A program made the position numbers and the translations under genes. Positions 1 through 9,198 of a DNA stretch of 64,000 nucleotides are shown here, in pieces. The number at the start of each line of letters is the position of its first letter. Position 1 is the stretch's first letter. This stretch comes from a bacterium (lineage in GTDB: Bacteria > Zhuqueibacterota > Zhuqueibacteria > Residuimicrobiales > Krinioviventaceae): positions 32,001 through 96,000 of the forward strand of contig CAXXFV010000001.1 of NCBI GenBank assembly GCA_963674595.2. The letters are read 5' to 3'. A model generated the notes under the pieces. That model was given only the letters and a program-made list of their open reading frames with translations, made no database searches and was not told the DNA's origin.

Positions 1-905
1 TATGTATAAGGCGCATAGGACAATGGAAAATGCCAGGAACCATTATGATTATTTTCTTTTGCTGCAACACAAATTCCTCCATCTCCTAAAAATTGGCCTA
101 TTTGGTTAACCAGCACACCGGCACGGTCGCTATTGATCATCTCGGCGAATAATGGCATAAAACCGGCAATCGTTTTATGATCACTTGATTTTTTATTGAT
201 AAAATCGTTGTCAAAATAAAATTCTTTTTTATCATTCCAGCACATATCGATAAGTTTTTCAATTTGCTGACTTTTTTTAATTAGATTATTATCACCCTGC
301 CCCTCAGCTTCAACCTGCAAATCATAAATTATTAACGCATTGCGATACAACAGGGCATTCAGGTCTACAGGATTAAAATTTTGCGGTTCATTAAAACGAA
401 TCAATTGTGTGTCATTATCTGTGCTTTCGGTCTCTGATTTGGTTTTATCATCTGTATAGTACCTGAATAATCCGGTAGGAGTTGTATGTGGTTTAGCGGT
501 CCAATATTGATATTCTTTTACAACATCCGGCAACATACGTCTCAGCCATTCTTTATCACCTGTAGCTCTATATATATCACGGACCATCCATGGCAGCAAA
601 GGTGGCTGAAAATTTGTTGCAATATTTTTATGGTTTGAGGCCGGAACAAAGTCGAGTTTACGCGCAAGGAATATGAGATTCTCCACATTGTGGCGGGCAT
701 AATCGATCATTTTCATTTTAATTAGACCAATGTTGATAAAAAATGTATCCCAATAATAAAGTGCTTCTCGTATGCCCTTTCCCGGAACAACGTAGGGATA
801 GGGTAGAGCCAATAATTCCGGAGTTTCTGTCTTGGTTTCACGTATAAATTCATCTTTAATACGTTTTTGAATTTCTGGAATTAATGAATGAAAATTTAGG
901 GACAT
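1..905 (-). CDS. Alpha,alpha-trehalase (GH37)-like protein, 3'-truncated by the window edge; not in the ORF track
   Basis: Manual translation from ATG at 905 (GAGAGG RBS upstream) gives MSLNFHSLIP...LLALPYPYVVPGKGIREALYYWDTFFINIGL, matching the trehalase motif LPxPYVVPGGRFxExYYWDSY. The frame runs off the left edge. Confidence 0.8.
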   Translation of the reverse strand, partial: MSLNFHSLIPEIQKRIKDEFIRETKTETPELLALPYPYVVPGKGIREALYYWDTFFINIGLIKMKMIDYARHNVENLIFLARKLDFVPASNHKNIATNFQPPLLPWMVRDIYRATGDKEWLRRMLPDVVKEYQYWTAKPHTTPTGLFRYYTDDKTKSETESTDNDTQLIRFNEPQNFNPVDLNALLYRNALIIYDLQVEAEGQGDNNLIKKSQQIEKLIDMCWNDKKEFYFDNDFINKKSSDHKTIAGFMPLFAEMINSDRAGVLVNQIGQFLGDGGICVAAKENNHNGSWHFPLSYAPYT

Positions 906-1111
906 TTTAAAACCTCTCATTTAATGTTTGAGTTATATTAATATAAAATGTGTGTAAAGTTTGTTTAATAAAGAAAAGATGAAGAATTTTAAGGGGATTT
1001 TTGAAATAACAGTGTAATTATGTGGATTTGTTTGTTTGAATTTTGAATGTATGAAATTCGTAGAAATATGCGTGTGTAAAGGATTCATGCCGGTTTAATT
1101 AATTCCTGATA

Positions 1112-1954
1112 TCAGTTTAATATTTTTTTAATAAAAGGGCGGATAAAAAATACTTTCAAGCTCGTTGTTAAATACTTAAAATAGTGAAGCTTTTTAAGGG
1201 CATAGGTGTAACTGTTAATATAAGTTGGAATGTCACTAAGAGATTTTGGTTTTATTTCCAAAGTCAGGTAGCCTGCAAAGTCAGTAGATTTGATCGTATC
1301 AAAAATTTCTTCAACAGGCAGCACACCTCCATTGGCAAAAGGAAGGTGAACATCATCATCTTCAAGGCAGTCTGACATGTGCACGCAGCCTATTTCATCT
1401 TTAAATTGATGGAACATGGCAACCGGATCGTTTCCTGTTACAAAATAATGGGGACCGTCAAAACACATTCCGGCAAGTTGATTGCCGAGTTTTTCTTTAA
1501 CATAGAGATATTGAGAGTAAAATTGTTGCGGTGGTGTGCCATCCGGAATGTTTTCCAGATAGACGGGCATGTTTAATTTTTTTAAATTTTCTACAAGAAA
1601 ATCTATGGATGTTTCCATGGGTTGTTTGGCTTCTTGCGGTTCCGGCGGATGTGAAATAACATGTTGAATGTTCAGGGCATCTTTATAGGTATTCAAATTA
1701 TTAACAAGCTTGTTAATTTCATCCTGTTTTTCTAAACAGGATAGATCATAACCGTTGTCGTGTATTAACGGCAGATGAAAGGCGGTTTTTATGCCATTAA
1801 TTTTACTTATCACCTGATCTGTTTCATTAAACACACTTGTTGTAACTTCTACAAAGTTGATACCGATAATTTTCAATGCACCAATGAGCATGGATGGAGA
1901 AAGACCTTGGTAGCAATCTACGGATACACCTATCAGTGGTTTTTTATGGAGCAT
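1112..1954 (-). CDS. Sugar phosphate isomerase/epimerase (AP endonuclease 2 TIM barrel) family protein
   Basis: Metal-ligand pattern LEN...CFDGPH...VHMSD...DVHLP...LTLEI. Confidence 0.7.
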   Translation of the reverse strand: MLHKKPLIGVSVDCYQGLSPSMLIGALKIIGINFVEVTTSVFNETDQVISKINGIKTAFHLPLIHDNGYDLSCLEKQDEINKLVNNLNTYKDALNIQHVISHPPEPQEAKQPMETSIDFLVENLKKLNMPVYLENIPDGTPPQQFYSQYLYVKEKLGNQLAGMCFDGPHYFVTGNDPVAMFHQFKDEIGCVHMSDCLEDDDVHLPFANGGVLPVEEIFDTIKSTDFAGYLTLEIKPKSLSDIPTYINSYTYALKKLHYFKYLTTSLKVFFIRPFIKKILN

Positions 1955-2016
1955 AGTATTGTTATCTCTTATTATTCTTTAATACATCAACTCATTATTA
2001 CATGAATTTCTTCCCA

Positions 2017-2430
2017 TTAAAATAGTTTAACACAAATTAAATAGACCCAATTAACGGGAATTGCAGAGAGAAGAATAATCTTACGGATTTTTTTCTCTTT
2101 TTGACTGAGTTCAAAATGGATTACCCGATGTGTTAACAAACCACTCACTGTATTCATTCCCCAAGCCAGGAGACCAATATATAAAAAGAAAAAAAGTGGA
2201 TTAGAGTTAAGTGATTGTAAAATATGAAACTGACTTAGATAAATGCCTGCGTGAGTAGCACCGCAGGAAGGGCAGGGTATACCGGTCCATTTTTGAAATA
2301 AGCACACTGGCATATATTCTACAATAAATGGCGATAAATAGGCTAAAATAAGGCCGATTATACCAATAAAAAGATATCCGATGCCAACCTGAAGATCTCG
2401 AATACTTTTTGTTCGAATGCTGATTTTCAC
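2017..2430 (-). CDS. DUF2752 membrane protein
   Basis: CLFQKWTGIPCPSCGATHA...NP motif with flanking hydrophobic helices. Confidence 0.8.
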   Translation of the reverse strand: MKISIRTKSIRDLQVGIGYLFIGIIGLILAYLSPFIVEYMPVCLFQKWTGIPCPSCGATHAGIYLSQFHILQSLNSNPLFFFLYIGLLAWGMNTVSGLLTHRVIHFELSQKEKKIRKIILLSAIPVNWVYLICVKLF

Positions 2431-2581
2431 TATAAGTAACTGAGGTCCATATTATCCTATATTCTTGATCTTTGGCAAAATTACTTTATTACTGTTTGAA
2501 ATGCAAGATTTTTTTTTTCTGTAACCTTGCTCGTGCGTAAACGTCCAAAAAATAAAAAGCCCTGATTTTAAGGAGGATGTC

Positions 2582-3610
2582 ATGAAAAAATTATTTGTTA
2601 CAGTATTTGTTCTTTTATTCAGTGTTATACTGTTTGCCGATGAAAAAACAATGATAAATAAATATGATGATGATCTTGTCTGTGTTGAAAAAAGCGACAA
2701 GGCCTGGCTTGGTGTACAGGTGAGGGACCTGGACCGTGAATATAAAAAGGAGACTGAGACCAAAGCAAATTACGGGGCCGTGATTGATCATATCCTGGAT
2801 GATACTCCCGCAGATGAAGCCGGTCTTAAACCCGGGGACGTTATTGTTAAACTTAATAATGAAAAGATTACAGATTCCAATGATGTTATAGAGGTTATTG
2901 AACAATTAAAACCCGGAGATATGATAGAATGCAGAGTGATAAGGGGCAAAGATTCAATTACCAAAGTTATTAAACTTGCGGCAAGGCCCCGACATAAAAT
3001 TCGTATTTTTAATGATAATATTAAAGATTTTTATTTTGGTACCGGTTTTATGGGTATGAAAGTACAGGAACTGGATGATAATTTGGCATCGTATTTTAAT
3101 GTTTCTGCTGATGCGGGTTTGCTGGTCACACATATTGAACCCGGAGAAGCGGCAGATAAGGCTGGTCTGCATTCCGGTGATATTTTGACAAAAATTAATA
3201 ATAAAAAAATTGAAAATAAGAAAATATTTTCTAAATTGTTAAAAGACCTGAAAAAGGGTGATAGTGTTGATATTGAGTTTATTCGGACGGGTAAACACAT
3301 GAATGCAACAATCACACTGGAGGATGAACCATCGTTTTTATTAAATGATTTTAATTTGGATACGAGTTTTTATCCCCGATGGAGAAATCGTTTTCAGGAA
3401 CGTTTTTTTGATGATATGAAAAGTTACCATAAAAATTATCAAAAATACCGTGATTTTTATGATCAGGAGTTTCGTGAAAAGTTGGATAAAGAAATAGAAA
3501 ACAAACTTTTTCAAAAAGAATTGGATATGGATAAACTGAAAATTGAAATGGAACAATTAAAATCCGATGTTAAAAATTTAAAAGAAAGAATCAAAAAGTA
3601 TGAACAATGA
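2582..3610 (+). CDS. Exported tandem PDZ-domain protein with C-terminal coiled coil
   Basis: AAGGAGG RBS; signal peptide; two PDZ repeats (WLGV..PADEAGLKPGDVI; FMGM..AADKAGLHSGDIL); no protease triad. Confidence 0.8.
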   Translation: MKKLFVTVFVLLFSVILFADEKTMINKYDDDLVCVEKSDKAWLGVQVRDLDREYKKETETKANYGAVIDHILDDTPADEAGLKPGDVIVKLNNEKITDSNDVIEVIEQLKPGDMIECRVIRGKDSITKVIKLAARPRHKIRIFNDNIKDFYFGTGFMGMKVQELDDNLASYFNVSADAGLLVTHIEPGEAADKAGLHSGDILTKINNKKIENKKIFSKLLKDLKKGDSVDIEFIRTGKHMNATITLEDEPSFLLNDFNLDTSFYPRWRNRFQERFFDDMKSYHKNYQKYRDFYDQEFREKLDKEIENKLFQKELDMDKLKIEMEQLKSDVKNLKERIKKYEQ

Positions 3611-4664
3611 AAATGAACGAGTAACCGGTTCCCCTTTACCAAAAGAACAAGTAATCAAAGCAATTGAAAAAAAGAATCCGAAACGAATCCCCATGGTGTT
3701 TGCAAAATGGTGGGGAGAAGGATTGGTGGATCAATATGGCGATGCTCTTGCAGAGTTTGAAAAATACCCAAATGATGTTGAGATGCTGATGATTCGAAAT
3801 CCGGTAGACCCTGAACGTATGTCATTATCCTGGAATTGGAAAACCAGTAAAGCCAGAGATTCTGCCTGTATAATTGATAATTGGGACAAGCTGGATGAAT
3901 TTATTGAAAAGATTCCCCAGCCTGATAATGATGACCAATTCGAAGCGTCTTTGCATATTGCCCAAAAGGCACACGCTGATGGCCGGTACTTGTTATTCGG
4001 CTGGTGGCATCTTTTTTTCGAACAGCCCTGGATGCTGAGGGGGATGGAAAACCTGATGTGTGATTATTATGCCTATCCGGACATGATTCATCGTTTTCAC
4101 CAGGCCATGTGTGATACCTATGAAAAGTATTTATTAAAAGCTGTTGAGATGTTTCAACCGGACGGGTTTTGGACAAGTGATGATCTTGGTCATCAAACCG
4201 GCCCGATGATGAGCCCGGATATTTTTCATGAATTTTTATTTCCCTACTATAATAAAATCGGTACTTTTTTAAAAAAGAACAATATCCATTTTTGGTTACA
4301 TAGTTGTGGTGATAACACTTTATTAATGCCTGATTTAATACATGCCGGTGTTTCTATTTTTCACCCGGTACAAAAGGGCACAATGGATGCTAAAGAAACG
4401 GTTGAAAAATTTGGCGACCAGATAAGCTTTCTTGCCGGATTCGATGTGCAGCACGCGCTTCAGGAACTTGATCCCGATGCCGTGCGTGAAGAAGTGAAAA
4501 GGTTGATCGATCTGTTCGATAAACAGGAAGGCGGAATGTGTATTGCCGCCGGCAACGGTATTGTTGCCGGTACACCCATTGATAACATTCGGGCTTTTTT
4601 GGATGAAGCTTTTAAATACGGTGCAACACATCGAAACCAATTGTCTGCACAAAATCCCGCTTGA
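3600..4664 (+). CDS. Uroporphyrinogen decarboxylase / MtaA-CmuA methyltransferase family protein
   Basis: LRGMENL, SDDLG..GPMMSP, LHSCGD, GFDVQ motifs. Confidence 0.8.
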   Translation: MNNENERVTGSPLPKEQVIKAIEKKNPKRIPMVFAKWWGEGLVDQYGDALAEFEKYPNDVEMLMIRNPVDPERMSLSWNWKTSKARDSACIIDNWDKLDEFIEKIPQPDNDDQFEASLHIAQKAHADGRYLLFGWWHLFFEQPWMLRGMENLMCDYYAYPDMIHRFHQAMCDTYEKYLLKAVEMFQPDGFWTSDDLGHQTGPMMSPDIFHEFLFPYYNKIGTFLKKNNIHFWLHSCGDNTLLMPDLIHAGVSIFHPVQKGTMDAKETVEKFGDQISFLAGFDVQHALQELDPDAVREEVKRLIDLFDKQEGGMCIAAGNGIVAGTPIDNIRAFLDEAFKYGATHRNQLSAQNPA

Positions 4665-4689
4665 CTTTTGGCAAAAATTTTTGTACTTT
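4661..4689 (+). promoter_or_regulatory. Sigma70-type promoter of the Met leader / homocysteine operon
   Basis: TTGACT (4661-4666), 17-bp spacer, TACTTT (4684-4689), about 30 nt before the leader ATG. Confidence 0.6.
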
Positions 4690-4720
4690 TTCAAAAATTT
4701 AACAAACAAAAAGAATTAAT

Positions 4721-4807
4721 ATGGTATACTTGCATAAAAAATATATGTATATGATGATGTTTTATTTTATGAGAAAAAGCGGGCTTGCCGCAGGTTTACC
4801 TGATTAA
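4721..4807 (+). CDS. Met-rich attenuator leader peptide MVYLHKKYMYMMMFYFMRKSGLAAGLPD (28 aa)
   Basis: Read directly: 6 ATG codons, including ATG TAT ATG ATG ATG; TAA at 4805-4807, about 25 nt before an intrinsic terminator; precedes Met-pathway genes. Confidence 0.8.
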   Translation: MVYLHKKYMYMMMFYFMRKSGLAAGLPD

Positions 4808-4839
4808 TCAATATACATAAAAGGAACTTGCAAAGGCCC
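4744..4839 (+). promoter_or_regulatory. Attenuator protector and antiterminator helices
   Basis: Protector: TATGTATAT 4744-4752 pairs with ATATACATA 4811-4819. Antiterminator: GGGCTT 4781-4786 with AGGCCC 4834-4839, and GCAGGTT 4790-4796 with AACTTGC 4825-4831. Confidence 0.75.
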
Positions 4840-4866
4840 ATAGAAAAATCTGTGGGCTTTTTTTTT
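4832..4866 (+). terminator. Intrinsic terminator of the Met attenuator
   Basis: AAAGGCCCATAGA-AAAA-TCTGTGGGC followed by T9. Confidence 0.85.
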
Positions 4867-4869
4867 ATT

Positions 4870-5604
4870 ATGTCTAAAAGATGGACACGACATTCGGTTG
4901 AAATTAAGGAATCCATTTTAACTGTTTTATGCCATAAACAATATTTTAAGATAGTACTTGATGCTGTTGAATTTAGCCGTAATGTTTTAGAGAATTATAT
5001 TAAGGCCCATTCAGAATTTGCTCGTTCTTTTGAGCCGGTTTTTTGTAACGATAATGATCCGGAAATAATAAAAAATATGTGCCGGGCTGCACAACACGCC
5101 GGTGTGGGTCCTATGGCTTCTGTTGCCGGTGCGGTCGCAAAAACTGTTTTGGATTTTTTACTTGAAGCAGGCGCGGATGAAGCTGTTGTTGATAACGGCG
5201 GAGACATTGTCCTCAAAGTAAACGAACCTGTTAAAATTGGTGTTTTTGCAGGAAAGTCCGGATTGAATAATCTGGCATTTGTTATTCCGCCAGGCGATAA
5301 TAGTTTGGCTTTATGCACATCATCCGGCACTGTCGGGCATTCTTTTAGTTACGGCAAAGCGGATGCGGCTATAGTCTTTTCAAACGATGCTTTTGTGGCT
5401 GATGCTTCGGCAACAGCGTTGGGAAACAGAATAAAAAGTATCGACGATCTGGAACGTTCGTTTGAAATATTTGAAAATAAAGATGATATTAATGGTGCAA
5501 TTGCGATTTTAGGTGATCAGATTGCATTATGGGGTGATTTACCCGAAATAATAAAAGCAAATGTTGATACGGAATTGATAACAAAAGGAAGAATATATGC
5601 GTAA
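4870..5604 (+). CDS. UPF0280/COG2122 ApbE-like protein (MA1715 family, sulfide assimilation)
   Basis: GVGPMASVAGAVA, VDNGGDI, CTSSGTVGHSFSYGKADA, ADASATALGN motifs. ATG 4870 is preferred over TTG 4828, which lies inside the attenuator. Confidence 0.85.
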   Translation: MSKRWTRHSVEIKESILTVLCHKQYFKIVLDAVEFSRNVLENYIKAHSEFARSFEPVFCNDNDPEIIKNMCRAAQHAGVGPMASVAGAVAKTVLDFLLEAGADEAVVDNGGDIVLKVNEPVKIGVFAGKSGLNNLAFVIPPGDNSLALCTSSGTVGHSFSYGKADAAIVFSNDAFVADASATALGNRIKSIDDLERSFEIFENKDDINGAIAILGDQIALWGDLPEIIKANVDTELITKGRIYA

Positions 5605-6655
5605 AATTAGATGTGCTGTTTTAGGAGCAACCGGCGTTGTCGGACAGCATTTTTTAAAATTATTGGTTGATCATCCATATTTTGAACTTGTGGCAATTTG
5701 CGCCAGTGATGCCCGTGCAGGACAAAAACTACATACAGCACGGGAACATGTTCCGGGCGGTTTGCCGAAATCTTTTTCACACCTGGAATTTGATCCGATT
5801 GATGTGGCAATATTAAAAAATAAAAAAGTTGACATTGTTTTTTCTGCATTACCGGCAGATGTTGCACAAACGATTGAAAAAGAAGCTGCAAAAAACGGTA
5901 TTAACGTTTTTTCAAATGCAAGCGCTTATCGTATGGACAGTCAGGTGCCTATTCTTATCCCGGAAGTTAACCATGAACATATCGATTTGATTAAAGCACA
6001 GAAGAAAGAAACTCCCGGATTTATTATAACCAATGCCAACTGTACAACAACGGGCCTGGCCATGGCCCTGGCGCCGATTCAACCATTGGGTATTAAAAAG
6101 CTGATTATGGCAAGTTACCAGGCCATTTCCGGTGCCGGTTACCCGGGTTTGCCGACTATGGATATATTAACAAATGTTATTCCTTACATCGGCGGTGAGG
6201 AACCCAAAGTTTTAGCAGAATGTGCAAAAATCTTTGGAAAATGTGATTCGGATGTTATTAAAGACGCTGATTGGGAAATTCATGCCCATTGTGTTCGGGT
6301 GCAAACCATTGTCGGACATTTGATTTCCGTTCATCTTGAACTGGAAAAAGAAGTAAAATATGAAGAGGTATTAAACCTTATAAAATCATACAAAGCCCCT
6401 GAAAAGGTAGCCGGGCTTCCAACGGCGCCGGTTGAACCTGTTCTTTATACAGATGTTCCAACACGTCCGCAGCCAATGCTGGATGTTAATGCCGGAGATC
6501 CGCAACGGGCAGCAGGTATGGCCGTAACAATCGGGCGGCTTGAGGTAAAAGGAAATATAGTACGATTTTTAACCTTGTCAAATAATCTGGTTCGCGGAGC
6601 AGCAGGTGGTTCCATTCTAAATGCTGAATTGGCTTATCAGGAAAAATTAATTTGA
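5597..6655 (+). CDS. asd: Aspartate-semialdehyde dehydrogenase (archaeal-type branch)
   Basis: VLGATGVVGQ, SNASAYRM, IPEVN, catalytic NANCTT, QAISGAG, NLVRGAAG. Confidence 0.95.
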   Translation: MRKIRCAVLGATGVVGQHFLKLLVDHPYFELVAICASDARAGQKLHTAREHVPGGLPKSFSHLEFDPIDVAILKNKKVDIVFSALPADVAQTIEKEAAKNGINVFSNASAYRMDSQVPILIPEVNHEHIDLIKAQKKETPGFIITNANCTTTGLAMALAPIQPLGIKKLIMASYQAISGAGYPGLPTMDILTNVIPYIGGEEPKVLAECAKIFGKCDSDVIKDADWEIHAHCVRVQTIVGHLISVHLELEKEVKYEEVLNLIKSYKAPEKVAGLPTAPVEPVLYTDVPTRPQPMLDVNAGDPQRAAGMAVTIGRLEVKGNIVRFLTLSNNLVRGAAGGSILNAELAYQEKLI

Positions 6656-6688
6656 TGATACGGGTTCTGAAAGAGGATTGACCATACC

Positions 6689-7837
6689 ATGGCAAAAACA
6701 TTTGAAGAGATAAACGAAAAAATTAAAAAGCGGAAAGCTGTGGTTTTAACGGCTGAAGAAATGACCTCACTTGTTTCGGAAAAAGGTGCGGCCAAAGCAG
6801 CAGATCAGGTTGATGTGGTAACAACCGGGACCTTTGGCCCCATGTGTTCTTCGGGTGTTTTTATAAATTTTGGGCATAGTAATCCTCGTATTCGGGCCAC
6901 AAAAGTCTGGCTGAATGGTGTTGAAGCCTATAGCGGCATTGCTGCTGTTGATTGTTATTTGGGCGCCACACAGCTTCAGGATGACGAGTTTCAAAATATG
7001 GAGCAGAAAACCGGATTTTATGGCGGCGCTCATGTTATTCATGAACTGCTTTCCGGCAACAAGGTTCAGCTTGTTGCCACCAGTCCGGGTACGGATTGTT
7101 ATCCTAATAAAAAGGTCGTTAAGGATATTAATTTAGAACAGTGCCCTGATGCGATTTTGGTGAACATGAGAAACTCTTACCAAAATTATAATGTTGCAGT
7201 TAATTTTTCTAAAAAGAAAATATACACCTATATGGGGGTATTAAAACCGGAACTGGGCAATGCCACCTATTGCAGTGCCGGACAAATGAGTCCGTTATTA
7301 AATGATCCAAGGTTCCTTACAATCGGTATCGGCACCAGAATATTTCTCGGCGGCGGCATCGGTTACATTATCGGACCGGGGACCCAGCATAGACCATCGG
7401 TTCAGGCTGCTGAACTTGGATTCCCTGTGCATTCAGGAGGAACGCTTGCAGTTTCCGGAAATTTAAAACAGATGCAGGCAAAGTGGATCCGGGCCGCAAA
7501 TTTTCCCGGTTATGGTGTCAGTATGCGTGTTGGCGTTGGTGTTCCGATCCCTATTTTAAATGAAGAAATGGCCGGCTTTACGGCCGTTGGTGATGACAAG
7601 CTTGTTGCACCGGTTGTTGATTATGCGAATGACTATCCTGTTGGTTCGACCCGCATTCTTGATAAAGTCTCTTATGCGCAACTTAAAACAGGATTTATTG
7701 ATATTGATGGAAAAAAAATTCCGACCAGTCCGCTTTCATCTTATAAAAAGGCGATTGAAATCGCCTCCGAATTGAAAACGTGGATACAAAAGGGTGAGTT
7801 TTTGCTTTCAAAACCTTCGGAAACTTTACCTCAATAA
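6689..7837 (+). CDS. L-aspartate semialdehyde sulfurtransferase / homocysteine biosynthesis protein (DUF39/COG1900, MA1821/MJ0100 family), without CBS domains
   Basis: KTFEEINEKI..AVVLTAEEM, VDVVTTGTFGPMCSSG, YGGAHVI, GQMSPLLNDP..TIGIGTRIFLGG motifs. Confidence 0.9.
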   Translation: MAKTFEEINEKIKKRKAVVLTAEEMTSLVSEKGAAKAADQVDVVTTGTFGPMCSSGVFINFGHSNPRIRATKVWLNGVEAYSGIAAVDCYLGATQLQDDEFQNMEQKTGFYGGAHVIHELLSGNKVQLVATSPGTDCYPNKKVVKDINLEQCPDAILVNMRNSYQNYNVAVNFSKKKIYTYMGVLKPELGNATYCSAGQMSPLLNDPRFLTIGIGTRIFLGGGIGYIIGPGTQHRPSVQAAELGFPVHSGGTLAVSGNLKQMQAKWIRAANFPGYGVSMRVGVGVPIPILNEEMAGFTAVGDDKLVAPVVDYANDYPVGSTRILDKVSYAQLKTGFIDIDGKKIPTSPLSSYKKAIEIASELKTWIQKGEFLLSKPSETLPQ

Positions 7838-7953
7838 AAAAACATTTTATTATTTGTAGGAATTTATTACCTTACACATTGTGTTTAAACGTTAATTAAT
7901 TATATATTATGTTTGATTCGTACATAAAAATAAATCACTAATAAGGAGGATTA

Positions 7954-9198
7954 ATGGCAGACATTTCCTTGCCAGTTATTATTCATGGTGTAACCGGACG
8001 TATGGGCCAGATAGCCCTGCGGGCTTTGCAGACAATTGCAAAAGACAAAATGGCAACCGTGAATGGTGACAATATCGTACCCCTACCAATCGGCGTAAGC
8101 CGTAACCTTGATAAAGTAAAACAGATTGCAGATGAAAAAGGTTTACAATACTATTTTGATAATATTGCCGATGCTTATGCTTTTGCAAAAGAAAAAAACT
8201 CTGCACACCAGGTCTACCATTGTACCATTTCAACAGGTATCCGTCGGAAAGTAATGTTAGAGACATTACCCCTTTTGGATCCAAAAACAACAACAGTTTA
8301 TATGGAAAAACCCTTGGCCTCGAATTATGATGACGGTTTTGCCATTGTTGATGCGCTTGAAAAAGGTAAATTTATGCACGGTGTTGTTCATCACATGCTG
8401 GCAACACCCGGATTGACCAAAGCCATGGAATTGATGCCTAAAATCAAACCTTTAACGGCACAAATGGCTTTCGGTTATGAAGTTGGTTCCGGTTTGAGCG
8501 GTAATAAAGATTTTTCCGGTCAGCGTCCTGATTTTAACTGGCTTTTGGAAGAAGCCGGTGGTGGAATTATTTTGGACATGTGTCATGAAGGTTATTTGTC
8601 CAAAGCGCTATTTGGTGATACGGAAGAGCTTAGCGCTGTAGCTCGTCTGGTTGTTCCGCAAAGATTAAGCACAGATGGAAAAACCGTAATTGACTGTGAT
8701 GTTGAAGATTTTGCCGCTTTACGCAGACAACACACAAATGGTGTTGTTAATACATCCATTTGGTCCTGGTACCGACGTGTTAACTCTGAATTCGGTCCGC
8801 TGGAAATTACAGTAGACGGAGAAAACGGAAGTATGGTTTTTGGACTTTATGGTCTGAAAGTACAGTGGAAAGAAACCGCCCCTGCAAACCGCTGGGAGAA
8901 ATCAGTTTCCGGCGAAAAAACAGAATGGCGTGACTATTGGGAATATTACGATCTTCCCTATAAAGATCCCTTTGCAATCGAATTAGCAGATTATTTACAA
9001 TGTGCTATGAAAGGCGAAAAATATCCCAAAGATGCTATCCAGGCTTTACATGTTTTGAGCGAAGTTGAATCATTTTATGAAAGCGCTGCTCAGGATGGTA
9101 AATCCGTTTCCCGTAAAGATGTTCGTTATTATCCGGTTCCAAATCCTGAAGGTTGGACCCCTGAACGATTGCAAAATAATTTGAAAATTGTAAAATAA
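7954..9198 (+). CDS. Gfo/Idh/MocA family oxidoreductase
   Basis: GVTGRMG Rossmann motif, EKP motif, GGGIILDMCH. Confidence 0.85.
   Translation: MADISLPVIIHGVTGRMGQIALRALQTIAKDKMATVNGDNIVPLPIGVSRNLDKVKQIADEKGLQYYFDNIADAYAFAKEKNSAHQVYHCTISTGIRRKVMLETLPLLDPKTTTVYMEKPLASNYDDGFAIVDALEKGKFMHGVVHHMLATPGLTKAMELMPKIKPLTAQMAFGYEVGSGLSGNKDFSGQRPDFNWLLEEAGGGIILDMCHEGYLSKALFGDTEELSAVARLVVPQRLSTDGKTVIDCDVEDFAALRRQHTNGVVNTSIWSWYRRVNSEFGPLEITVDGENGSMVFGLYGLKVQWKETAPANRWEKSVSGEKTEWRDYWEYYDLPYKDPFAIELADYLQCAMKGEKYPKDAIQALHVLSEVESFYESAAQDGKSVSRKDVRYYPVPNPEGWTPERLQNNLKIVK

Noticed and set aside
4828-4869. ORF-track N-terminal extension MQRPIEKSVGFFFI of the COG2122 gene
   Set aside because: It is the translated terminator hairpin and U-tract; ATG 4870 is the more plausible start.
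4690-4870. SAM riboswitch or Met T-box upstream of the homocysteine operon
   Set aside because: No SAM-I core (AUCxAGA...GCAACC...GUGC) and no T-box AAGGUGGxACC motif; the leader is explained by a uORF attenuator.
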